Below are positions 8,952-17,852 of a stretch of 64,000 bases of DNA, piece by piece. Position 1 is the stretch's first letter. Each line of letters opens with the position of its first letter. Origin of the DNA: a virus; the IMG/VR virus record IMGVR_UViG_3300047476_001426, positions 1 to 64,000 of that record; one strand, given 5' to 3'. Position numbers and translations under genes: made by a program. A model generated the notes under the pieces. It worked only from the letters and a program-made list of their open reading frames with translations, did not search any database and was not told where the DNA came from.

Positions 8952-11807
8952 TTAGATATTGTCAAATGATGCTCCTGTTGGTGTGATTATGAATTCAACA
9001 TCAATGAATTCAAGAGCTCTTGTTGGTTTAATATAAATTTTACCTCTCAAAGTATTAGCATCAATGTCCTCAGGGTCATTTGAAACCGTTACACGGAATT
9101 CATATAGACCTCTTTCTCTCTTGATTGCGTCTAATATTGGGTTTACCAATCTCAAGAACTCATTACGAACTTGTTCATCGTTTTGTTCAAATAGTAATCT
9201 AACTGCTACCGCTGAAATTAACTTTCTTGCTCTTAATAACAATCTTCTTACGTTAATTCTATCCAATGCTGATTCACGAACTTGAAGAGTTTTGTTACCC
9301 CAAATTATTGTTCCTGTATCTGCGAATGTTGCGATAGGGTTGATTCTAGCTTTGTATAGGTCATCTCTTTCATCCAAAGTCAATTTCTTGTAAGCTTTGA
9401 TTGAGTTAACCAAACCTCTTGAATAACCCGCTACTGCGAACCAAGGGAAGGATACGTTATCAGTTAACGCGATATTTCTTAATACTTCACCTGTTGGTGG
9501 AAGATATAGTTGTACTGCGTTGTCTACGTCTCTAACTTGAATCCAAGGCCAGTAGGTTGCTGAATAGTTACTATCAATTGCAACCCCATCTAACGCGTCG
9601 ATAATTTCATCAGATGTACCATAGTTTGGTGGTGATATCACATAAAGTGAATCCGCTCTATCTTCTTCAATCATATCGATTGCGTATGATGTTAAAGAAC
9701 TATGGTCGTAGAAGTTAATACCCGGTGTTGCGAATATATTAATGTCAACAGCTTCAGGGTTTGCGAAGGTGTCTATACCTTGAGTATATGCGTAGTAGTC
9801 AGAGTTTCCTGATACTGTACTAAACACACCACTATTTGTGGTATTACCACTCGTATAGGTAGGTTTACCAAAGATATAACCATCACCATAAGTTCTTACG
9901 TTTCTGTAGATATCCCATCCATCAAATCCACCACCTGCGGCGAATGTGAATTTACGGTAATTGATATTTGTCATAACGTTAGTTGCTCCACCTGTTTGAC
10001 CTTCTAAATCATATGATGTAGTTAAGAAGGTAGTACCTGTAATAGTAGATGCGTTTGTTGATAAGTGGAAACCTTTAGTTGTTCCCGCTGCTCCTGTTCC
10101 TTTGAATTTAAATAAATCTCTATCGTAAGTTGATTTATTTGTTGGACTTGATAAACCAAAGTAAACTTTTCTCACTTTATCTCCTGAAGATAAAATAGGT
10201 GTTCCGTCCGCTTCGTATCCTGTTGTATCACCAGCGTCGTAGAATTCTGTTTTATACATTACAGAACCTAAAGTTTTAGTTCCAAAGGAAGTGTTATTTA
10301 CAAATCCTTTGAAACCGCCAGGGTAAGCGTCCACAGGGTGGTCGTTAGCCATTGCTAACATGATGTATCTTGAACGTAATTCGTATTCACCATCAGATGT
10401 ACCAACTTTTTTAGCCACATAACCTGGTAGGTCAGGATTCATATTACATCTTGAATATTTTTCAAGAACCACAATATTGTCGTCAGTATCGTTAAAGTCA
10501 CGAACAATTAAATCGAAATCACCAGTGTTTACATCTATGTTGATGATTGAAACTTTTACCTCAAAGTTTGCGCTTTCACCATCAGATACGGTGATAACAT
10601 CAAATAAATCATCAACTTCACCACCTCTTACTTCAGAAACAACAGTTGGTGTCATTGGTGTATCCCATGCGGTTAAGAAGTTATTACCTTCAGTTTCGTA
10701 TACCTCGGTTAAACTCAAACCTCTAATATATCCTTGTTCGAATGCTCTTACAAGATAATTTGGATATGCTTCGTATACATAAATTGGAACCTCACTCTTT
10801 AATTTATCGTATACATCAACTCCAAATACTTTAGTTACATATTTTGAAGATGTGGTATCCATACTACAAGTGAATGATTTAGCACCACTTGTTGAACCCG
10901 TCACACCTACCGTAAATTCCGCTAATGGATTTGTTGTGATACCTGTACCAGTAATTTGGAAATTAACGTCTGTGGTTGTTTCTAAATTCAATGTTTGACC
11001 ATTATATGAACCTCTTGACCTGAAGGCCAATACCACTTGTCCATCATACGCGGTGTTTAATGTACCATTGTATGTGTATTTCGTTACATCAAATACACTT
11101 GTACCACTATTGTAAACAAATAAGTAAGAATAAACTTCTGAACCACTTGTGTTACAAAGTACGTTGTACCATTCTTTATTATTGTTGTTACTTGCGTTAT
11201 CTAAACCTGTCAAAGGTGAAACTTCTTCAATTGAAGCCGTTTGACCACTTGTTCCCGATGTCGGTACTTCACCCATAACAAACCATTGACCATGGTTTGC
11301 AGAAGTGTTACCACTGAAATTTGAAACAATGTATTCAGTAATATAGTTACCATCAACCGATATCTTATTAGATAATTCACTATAAATTGTACTAGCGGTA
11401 ATTGTTGTGGTTGTTGCAGACATTGTCAATCCAGTTGTTGTTCCACTGAATGTTCCCAAAGTCACACCACCTAATGTTTGTACACCAAATGTCTTAACAG
11501 GTTTGTAACCCGTTAAACCTAAAATTCTAGTGACGAATAATTGGTTGGATTCTTCTAAATAAGATTTTGCGAAATATGGTAACTCATATCTTGGGTTGTT
11601 ATTGTTGTCCTTTAGTGGACTTGTTCCCCCAAAATATGACTTGAATTCGTCAAAATTTGTTATTAATACAGGTTCAAAAGCGGGACCTTTTAAGGTTTCA
11701 CCCACCAAACCTAACGTGCTCACCCCAACACTTTGTGCTACGAATGTTAAGTCTTTTTCAGATGTATACACACCCGGAGATACAAAAACTCTATTTGAAT
11801 TTGCCAT
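8952..11807 (-). CDS. Contractile tail sheath protein (T4 gp18-like)
   Basis: 951 aa; N-terminal FVSPGVYTSEKD, C-terminal WFAVAGYSRG, RINPIATF, WGNKTLQ..SALDRINVRRL, IYIKPTRALEFI motifs. Confidence 0.93.
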   Translation of the reverse strand: MANSNRVFVSPGVYTSEKDLTFVAQSVGVSTLGLVGETLKGPAFEPVLITNFDEFKSYFGGTSPLKDNNNNPRYELPYFAKSYLEESNQLFVTRILGLTGYKPVKTFGVQTLGGVTLGTFSGTTTGLTMSATTTTITASTIYSELSNKISVDGNYITEYIVSNFSGNTSANHGQWFVMGEVPTSGTSGQTASIEEVSPLTGLDNASNNNNKEWYNVLCNTSGSEVYSYLFVYNSGTSVFDVTKYTYNGTLNTAYDGQVVLAFRSRGSYNGQTLNLETTTDVNFQITGTGITTNPLAEFTVGVTGSTSGAKSFTCSMDTTSSKYVTKVFGVDVYDKLKSEVPIYVYEAYPNYLVRAFEQGYIRGLSLTEVYETEGNNFLTAWDTPMTPTVVSEVRGGEVDDLFDVITVSDGESANFEVKVSIINIDVNTGDFDLIVRDFNDTDDNIVVLEKYSRCNMNPDLPGYVAKKVGTSDGEYELRSRYIMLAMANDHPVDAYPGGFKGFVNNTSFGTKTLGSVMYKTEFYDAGDTTGYEADGTPILSSGDKVRKVYFGLSSPTNKSTYDRDLFKFKGTGAAGTTKGFHLSTNASTITGTTFLTTSYDLEGQTGGATNVMTNINYRKFTFAAGGGFDGWDIYRNVRTYGDGYIFGKPTYTSGNTTNSGVFSTVSGNSDYYAYTQGIDTFANPEAVDINIFATPGINFYDHSSLTSYAIDMIEEDRADSLYVISPPNYGTSDEIIDALDGVAIDSNYSATYWPWIQVRDVDNAVQLYLPPTGEVLRNIALTDNVSFPWFAVAGYSRGLVNSIKAYKKLTLDERDDLYKARINPIATFADTGTIIWGNKTLQVRESALDRINVRRLLLRARKLISAVAVRLLFEQNDEQVRNEFLRLVNPILDAIKRERGLYEFRVTVSNDPEDIDANTLRGKIYIKPTRALEFIDVEFIITPTGASFDNI

Positions 11808-11845
11808 TTTTAATTTGTTTGGTTAATTAATTTTATTTCTTTATC

Positions 11846-11853
11846 AATAAATA
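11846..11853 (-). promoter_or_regulatory. Putative late promoter motif TATTTATT
   Basis: 38 nt upstream of sheath ATG. Confidence 0.5.
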
Positions 11854-11904
11854 TCTTTGTTTTTGGGAAAGATTTCCTTGATTTTTTTAAAAATGATACT
11901 TATA

Positions 11905-11928
11905 GATACTAATTTATCTTTTAGTATC
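11905..11928. promoter_or_regulatory. Candidate operator inverted repeat GATACTAA-N8-TTAGTATC
   Basis: Perfect 8-bp inverted repeat with extra GATAC/TATC submotifs, immediately upstream of the small RHH-like ORF. Confidence 0.4.
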
Positions 11929-11944
11929 AATATTTATCTTTATC

Positions 11945-12121
11945 ATGGAAAAACCCTTCAAAAACATTAAGGTAGGTGAAAAACACCACGAAATTTTAAA
12001 AGAGTATTGTGATAAAAATGGATTGAAGATTTATAAATTAATTCATAAGTGGATTGATGAGAATTGTAAATCCCCAAAACAAAATGATGGTACAAAAAAA
12101 AAGGATATCTACGGGGATTAA
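11945..12121 (+). CDS. Small ribbon-helix-helix (CopG/Arc-like) DNA-binding protein, missed by ORF track
   Basis: 58 aa: MEKPFKNIKVGEKHHEILKEYCDKNGLKIYKLIHKWIDENCKSPKQNDGTKKKDIYGD; beta strand (KNIKV) plus two helices; fills the gap and overlaps the stop of the convergent gene by 4 nt. Confidence 0.6.
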   Translation: MEKPFKNIKVGEKHHEILKEYCDKNGLKIYKLIHKWIDENCKSPKQNDGTKKKDIYGD

Positions 12122-13224
12122 TTAAAAGTCGAACCCGTTGTAAAAGTGTATTCGTATTTTGACCTACCTATCGTGTCAATATTTACATCTTTAAATGATG
12201 TTGTACCCGACAACTGATTGTAATTTTCAGTAATCGTATATTCAGTTGTTCCCGACAACTGATTTCTCTCAATGAATAATCTTACAGATTGTGTAATCGG
12301 AGTTCCTGTTGTAACCAAAGAATCGGTAAAAGTAATTTCCACAGTCTTGTCGACTTTATACTGAGATGTTGCGGTGTAGTTTGCAATAATCGACCCATTA
12401 GTGTATTCACTTTGTATTGTGATGTTATTGGTTTTTCTTTTAATAGGATAAATTGTTCTTAAATCAGGTTCAACCATGGTGATACTTCTATTAATTGCCG
12501 GCGAAACTTCAAATTCCTCGTCATCAATTAAAAATCCCAACATGGTAAATCCATAATTTTGAATATAAAACCTTCTACCATCAAGGGTATCCATTGGTGT
12601 GTTGTCCTCTATTCTATCCATTACAATAGGAATGTAATGACCTTTAACTCGGGTATATGCTTGTCTTGATGAGAATTTTTGTAAGACTCTTTGGTTGAAT
12701 TTATTTATATCTCTAAATTTTGTACACACAATTGTCACATCAAAACTAATATCCACTGCAATGGGTTGTGGTATTTTATAAATGTCAGCACCCATTTGAT
12801 TCCCATCCCAAGTAGGTACCGATGCGTAAAAAAAGTCTCTTCTATCGGGTATGGTTCTTTGTATTGACGGGTTTGTGCCTAATTGCACATCAGGTTTTCT
12901 AACAACCGCAATAAAGGGTAATTTTAAATTACCATCGTCATCACTAAAAGACCAATTATTGGTATATTCCGCCCATCTTTGGATTGTTAATATTTTTGGA
13001 ATTGTGGGAATTTGTTCTCCATCGGAAATCACTTTAAAGTTTTCTTTAACAAATTCTAACATACCCAAGTCAAGGTCATCATGTAATATTGAGTCAGGAA
13101 GAAAGGTGTCAGATTTTATAATTTCTTCCAACAATTCTTTTCTCCTACCTGTTATTGCAGGACCATCGGTGTTTTGGTTAACACCGTATACTTTGATATC
13201 ATTTTTTCTTTTAGGTAATCCCAT
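12118..13224 (-). CDS. Tail terminator/completion protein (T4 gp15-like)
   Basis: 368 aa; LPFIAVVR, QPIAVDISFDVTIV, INKFNQRVLQKF pattern; between neck and sheath genes. Confidence 0.55.
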   Translation of the reverse strand: MGLPKRKNDIKVYGVNQNTDGPAITGRRKELLEEIIKSDTFLPDSILHDDLDLGMLEFVKENFKVISDGEQIPTIPKILTIQRWAEYTNNWSFSDDDGNLKLPFIAVVRKPDVQLGTNPSIQRTIPDRRDFFYASVPTWDGNQMGADIYKIPQPIAVDISFDVTIVCTKFRDINKFNQRVLQKFSSRQAYTRVKGHYIPIVMDRIEDNTPMDTLDGRRFYIQNYGFTMLGFLIDDEEFEVSPAINRSITMVEPDLRTIYPIKRKTNNITIQSEYTNGSIIANYTATSQYKVDKTVEITFTDSLVTTGTPITQSVRLFIERNQLSGTTEYTITENYNQLSGTTSFKDVNIDTIGRSKYEYTFTTGSTFN

Positions 13225-13226
13225 AA

Positions 13227-13739
13227 TTAAATTCCTCTAAATTCGGATTCTTGAGCAATGGCACAAGTAATTGTTCTGTAATGAGGTCTAAATCCAAACA
13301 TATTGTGTTTATTATCTGATGTTATTTTACCATCGTTTACAACCGTATAGTATCTAACTTTATCTTCAGATTCAGGATAACCGATAAAATCACCATATCT
13401 TATATCAATATCCATTTCTTCTAAATGTTTGATGTAGACAGAAATAGTCATATTACCAGGTTCCAAATACCTATTCACACCTTTTGTATATGAAGTATTC
13501 TTCGGTTCATCAATTTTAACCAAACCGAAAAATTCGGTAGGAGGTAAAAATTTAATTTGGTCCTTACCTACCTCACCATATACATCGTCAGTATCGGTTC
13601 TTTGTCTATCGACCCTGAACAGAACTAATTTCATACCTAAATCACCATGTAAGTATTCTTCCCCCAACTGAACATTTAAATCAAAATCAGTTTGAGAGAA
13701 AAATTTACTTAATCTTGTTATCGGTAGTTTGTTACTCAT
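13227..13739 (-). CDS. Neck/head-closure protein (T4 gp14-like)
   Basis: 170 aa; DDVYGE...F.PP.E, ISVYIKHLEEMDIDIRYGDFI motifs; position. Confidence 0.6.
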   Translation of the reverse strand: MSNKLPITRLSKFFSQTDFDLNVQLGEEYLHGDLGMKLVLFRVDRQRTDTDDVYGEVGKDQIKFLPPTEFFGLVKIDEPKNTSYTKGVNRYLEPGNMTISVYIKHLEEMDIDIRYGDFIGYPESEDKVRYYTVVNDGKITSDNKHNMFGFRPHYRTITCAIAQESEFRGI

Positions 13740-13743
13740 TTAT

Positions 13744-13751
13744 TATAAATA
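13744..13751 (-). promoter_or_regulatory. Putative late promoter motif TATTTATA
   Basis: 4 nt before ATG at 13739. Confidence 0.6.
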
Positions 13752-13792
13752 GTTCATTTATTGATTCTATTTTGATATATTTAAGTTATTGT

Positions 13793-15547
13793 ATGCAGAG
13801 TAAGATTCCTGAAATAGATGCGAGGAATATTCTTTCCACTTATGAGGGGTTTAATAACCAACTAATTGAGTGGAAAAGAAAATTAATTGAACTTAAAGGT
13901 TTTCAATTAACAAGACCTCAAGCCGAGTATGTTTTAAAGTACCACGAAGTAGTTCCTCGTGTTGCTAAAAAGTATATTCACATTGTTGAAGGATTTGGTG
14001 ATAAACTCATGGAATCTAAACACCTAACAAAACCACCTGAAAAAATTTGGTGTGAAAAGTTGTTGTGTGAAAGTGAGATGGCTTATCATATATGGGGTAA
14101 AGTATTTGAGTCAGAAAAGAACTATTCAATGTGGGTCCCAAAATCTGCGATTATTCAAGAAGAAAAGAAATTGAATAGAGAGGTTGATTATTCTCCTTAT
14201 GACAAACGACCACCATTACCACATCAAAAAACCGCAATTGAAAAATTATTGGCTAACGATAAGTTTATCCTGGCGGATGATATGGGATTAGGTAAGACCA
14301 CATCCGCAATTATTGCTTCTTTGGAAAGTGGTGCAAAAAAGATTTTAATAATTTGTCCTGCGTCATTGAAAATAAATTGGCAAAGAGAAATTGAAAATTA
14401 CTCAAATAGAAAAACATTAATAGTTGAAGGTCGTAAGTGGGGTTCCACTTTTGATTATTACATTATTAACTATGATATCGTAAAAAACTATCATTCAACA
14501 GAAACACCTGAAATTGGACAGGAAAATAATAATTCAATTGTTAATGAAAAATTTGATTTAGCCATTGTCGATGAAGCACATTATATTTCAAATACGACCG
14601 CTCAAAGAACTAAACTAATTAACGATATTTTAAAGAACATACCAAAAGTTTGGTTACTTACTGGCACCCCAATGACTTCAAAACCAATTAACTATTATAA
14701 CCTACTAAGAATAGTTAATTCAAACGTTACTTTAAATTGGCAGGGTTACGTCAGAAGATATTGTGGTGGATATCAGTTTACCGTAAATAAGAAGAAGATT
14801 TGGAATACGGGTGGTGCAACTAATTTAGATGAACTTAGGTTGAGAACTAAAAATCTTGTACTGAGACGTATGAAGACTGATATATTGGATTTACCTGATA
14901 AAATTATCACCCCAATATTTTTGGATTTAAAAAGTACATATTACGATGAAGAATTGGAAGATTTTTTAAGAATCACAAGTGAGGCAAAAAATAAAGAATC
15001 TTTAAGTATCACCATAAATCGTTTGATGAAAGTGAGACAAATTATTTCACAAGAAAAAATTAGTTATACCTGTGAACTAATTGATAAGTGTTTGGAACAA
15101 GGAAAGAAGATAATTGTGTTTACAAATTTTACAATGTCCTTAGACATGTTACATGAAAAATATAAGAAAAATTCTGTGGTGTTAGATGGTAGAATGTCCA
15201 AAGAAAAAAGACAACAATCTGTAGACCGTTTTCAAAATGAAGACAAGGTGAAGATATTCATATCAAACATCGTAGCGGGTGGAGTGGGAATCACATTAAC
15301 CGCGGCCGAAGTTGTAATTATGAACGATTTATCATTTGTACCCGCTCACCACAGTCAAGCTGAGGATAGAGCTTTTAGATATGGTCAAAAGAAAAATGTG
15401 TTGGTTTATTACCCAATATTCGAAAACACTATTGAGAAAATAGTGTACAATATGTTACAAAAGAAAAAGAATATTATTGACCAAGTTATGGGTGACGGAG
15501 ATTTCTCAGAAAGTTTTGCTCAATCACTTCTCAAAGAGATTCTCTAA
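13793..15547 (+). CDS. SNF2-family (SMARCAL1/HARP-like) helicase/translocase
   Basis: LADDMGLGKT Walker A, VDEAH, LLTGTP, GVGITLTAA, QAEDRAFRYGQ motifs; likely start ATG 13793 (ORF track starts at 13715). Confidence 0.9.
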   Translation: MQSKIPEIDARNILSTYEGFNNQLIEWKRKLIELKGFQLTRPQAEYVLKYHEVVPRVAKKYIHIVEGFGDKLMESKHLTKPPEKIWCEKLLCESEMAYHIWGKVFESEKNYSMWVPKSAIIQEEKKLNREVDYSPYDKRPPLPHQKTAIEKLLANDKFILADDMGLGKTTSAIIASLESGAKKILIICPASLKINWQREIENYSNRKTLIVEGRKWGSTFDYYIINYDIVKNYHSTETPEIGQENNNSIVNEKFDLAIVDEAHYISNTTAQRTKLINDILKNIPKVWLLTGTPMTSKPINYYNLLRIVNSNVTLNWQGYVRRYCGGYQFTVNKKKIWNTGGATNLDELRLRTKNLVLRRMKTDILDLPDKIITPIFLDLKSTYYDEELEDFLRITSEAKNKESLSITINRLMKVRQIISQEKISYTCELIDKCLEQGKKIIVFTNFTMSLDMLHEKYKKNSVVLDGRMSKEKRQQSVDRFQNEDKVKIFISNIVAGGVGITLTAAEVVIMNDLSFVPAHHSQAEDRAFRYGQKKNVLVYYPIFENTIEKIVYNMLQKKKNIIDQVMGDGDFSESFAQSLLKEIL

Positions 15548-16678
15548 AAAATTCATCATAAAATCAATATCTTCTTGTTTTTTAGAAATAGATTTAATTA
15601 TCTCCACCCAAACTTCACGAATCTTTTCAATATCAAAATCTTCACTATTTGATGGTAGATTAACAATAACCTTATTTTCATCTCTATTAAAGATAAGATT
15701 GGTTTCTTCAGAAACTTCGAGAGCAAATTCAATTTCATTTTTTGAACAATACATAAAAAATTCAAAGAATACTTTTGAATTAAACATGTCGTCAATTTTT
15801 TCTTGCATAAGTATGTTATTTTTATTGTAGGTGTACCAACCATTGGATTGGGGTACTATGGTGTTATCTTTTAAATATAGAAAAATCATTTTATCGGGAT
15901 TAACCGTGTTGGAATTGAAATTGTAGTTTAATGATACTAAAACCAAAAAGTCAATACCCTTACCGATATAATCTCTTACATCTATAATATTTTTAAAACT
16001 TTCCCCTTGAAACTTTACAACTTTACTTTGGATTTTTTTTATTTTACTTTCATCGTCATTATTGACCGTAAATAAATCACAACCATTAATCATATCAATC
16101 GATGAACCTCTAATTAAAGAGGTTCTGAATATTTTGGCGGTCTTAATGTTTTTCTTAAAATGGTATTCAATACAAAGTTCACCATACGTCCCTGAACCAA
16201 TTGTTCTGGATGCAACATGAAAAAGTTCATATAGAAAATCACTTGGACCTAATAATCCATGGTCAACAAATATTCTATCTTTATAATGTCTTAACCATTT
16301 GAAATAATTTTTTATTTCCTTTTCAATATAGTCAGGTGAGTTATTTTCAAAAACTATTTCAGTTAATGGTTGACCATTGAAATCATTAATACCCCTTAAA
16401 AAATAATCTTGAAAAATCCATTCATTTAATTTTTCTACGATTTTAATATTAACAAAATAGTTGGTATTGAATTGATTTATTGGTGACCATGAACCATTCG
16501 ATGTGAGGACACCATATGTTCTATTCTTTTCACAAAATCCATACTGATTAAATGGGCGATAACATTCTCTAAAAACGTCTCTCCACTCATCCATAAAAAG
16601 GTTTTTTATTGTGCCTTTTAAAGTACAAATCCTTTTTATATGATTCTCAATGTTTAATTGGTTAGCGGTAGAATACAT
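15524..16678 (-). CDS. Hypothetical protein with putative PD-(D/E)xK nuclease motif
   Basis: GTYGELCIE...IDMINGCDLF...KIQSKV resembles the E...D...QxK restriction-like core; likely start 16678 (MYSTAN) downstream of a host-type promoter. Confidence 0.4.
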   Translation of the reverse strand: MYSTANQLNIENHIKRICTLKGTIKNLFMDEWRDVFRECYRPFNQYGFCEKNRTYGVLTSNGSWSPINQFNTNYFVNIKIVEKLNEWIFQDYFLRGINDFNGQPLTEIVFENNSPDYIEKEIKNYFKWLRHYKDRIFVDHGLLGPSDFLYELFHVASRTIGSGTYGELCIEYHFKKNIKTAKIFRTSLIRGSSIDMINGCDLFTVNNDDESKIKKIQSKVVKFQGESFKNIIDVRDYIGKGIDFLVLVSLNYNFNSNTVNPDKMIFLYLKDNTIVPQSNGWYTYNKNNILMQEKIDDMFNSKVFFEFFMYCSKNEIEFALEVSEETNLIFNRDENKVIVNLPSNSEDFDIEKIREVWVEIIKSISKKQEDIDFMMNFLENLFEK

Positions 16679-16698
16679 CAATATTTGGAATATTAAAA

Positions 16699-16729
16699 CA
16701 AATATAGTGATATTTATTATAAAATCAAA
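16699..16729 (-). promoter_or_regulatory. Bacteroidota sigma70-type promoter TTTG-N19-TATATTTG
   Basis: Exact -33 (TTTG) and -7 (TAnnTTTG) elements with 19-nt spacer upstream of 16678. Confidence 0.65.
16711..16718 (+). promoter_or_regulatory. Putative late promoter motif TATTTATT
   Basis: 15 nt before ATG at 16734. Confidence 0.5.
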
Positions 16730-16733
16730 GTTA

Positions 16734-17852
16734 ATGTCCACAACAGTCATTTCAAATTCGGAAAAACAAAAACTGTATACACAGGTATTTCATTTGTTGG
16801 GTTTACCCGTAAGAGGTGTTGAACTTACTGAAGAACAAATGGACACATTTTTAGAACTTTCAGTATCTGAATATGAACAATATGTTAGTGATTGGTTAAT
16901 AGAATCCCAATGGTCGGCTTTAGCTGGTTTAAATGTGGATACTCAATCGTTAACAAGGGCGTTTACAACGAGAAGTTTAGATTATGAAACTCAATATACA
17001 CATTCATATTCTAAAATTGTTGGTCTACAAACAGGTGGTAATAGTGAACTAAAAAAAGATTACATTACGTTATCTGCAAACACTCAAACATATACAATAC
17101 CAGCCGGTAGAGAAATAAACGAATTATTATGGTTTACGAGAGCGGAACTAACCGATTCAATAGTTGACCCATTTTTGGGTGGATTTGGTGGATTAGGTGG
17201 TGTTGGATTCGGGGGTGTTGGTGGATTTGCTCAACAAGGTTCATCAGGTTCGTATTTTATGTTACCAGCTTACGACTTACTATTAAGAATGGGTGATAGA
17301 AATATTAAAAACCGATTAATAGGTGGAGATTTGACTTATAGAATAACCGCAGGCCCAAATGAAACTAAAATAGTTCATTTATATAACGTTCCTGGCGGTA
17401 GATTTGATTTTGGTTCAATACAAAACAACAATGCGAAAGTTTGGTATTGGTATTATGATACCACGTCTCTTGATACTTGTTTAGATAAAAATAGTGGTAT
17501 TGTTAAATTACCATCTGATGTTGATACTGAGGAGTTAACATGGGACATGTTAAATAAACCCGCACAGAATTGGGTTAGAAAATATCTTATCGCATATTCA
17601 AAAGAAGGTTTAGGTAGAATATGGGGTAAGTTCTCAGGGGATTTACAAGTTCCTGATAGTTCAGTAAAACTTGATTATTCATCTTTACTACAAGAAGGAA
17701 AAGATGAAAAATTAAAGCTCATTGAAGAATTAATGGCCAGATTAGAACGTCTAAGACCTGAAAAAATATTAGAAAGAAAAGGGATGGAAGCAGAAAATCT
17801 TAATAAGGCATTAAAATATAGACCGTTCCAATCCCCATTTAACGTAATTTAA
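16734..17852 (+). CDS. Neck protein (T4 gp13-like head-tail adaptor)
   Basis: LGLPVRGVELTEEQMD N-terminal motif, WVRKYLIAYSKEGLGRIWGKF, VKLDYSSLLQEGKDE; likely start 16734. Confidence 0.65.
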   Translation: MSTTVISNSEKQKLYTQVFHLLGLPVRGVELTEEQMDTFLELSVSEYEQYVSDWLIESQWSALAGLNVDTQSLTRAFTTRSLDYETQYTHSYSKIVGLQTGGNSELKKDYITLSANTQTYTIPAGREINELLWFTRAELTDSIVDPFLGGFGGLGGVGFGGVGGFAQQGSSGSYFMLPAYDLLLRMGDRNIKNRLIGGDLTYRITAGPNETKIVHLYNVPGGRFDFGSIQNNNAKVWYWYYDTTSLDTCLDKNSGIVKLPSDVDTEELTWDMLNKPAQNWVRKYLIAYSKEGLGRIWGKFSGDLQVPDSSVKLDYSSLLQEGKDEKLKLIEELMARLERLRPEKILERKGMEAENLNKALKYRPFQSPFNVI

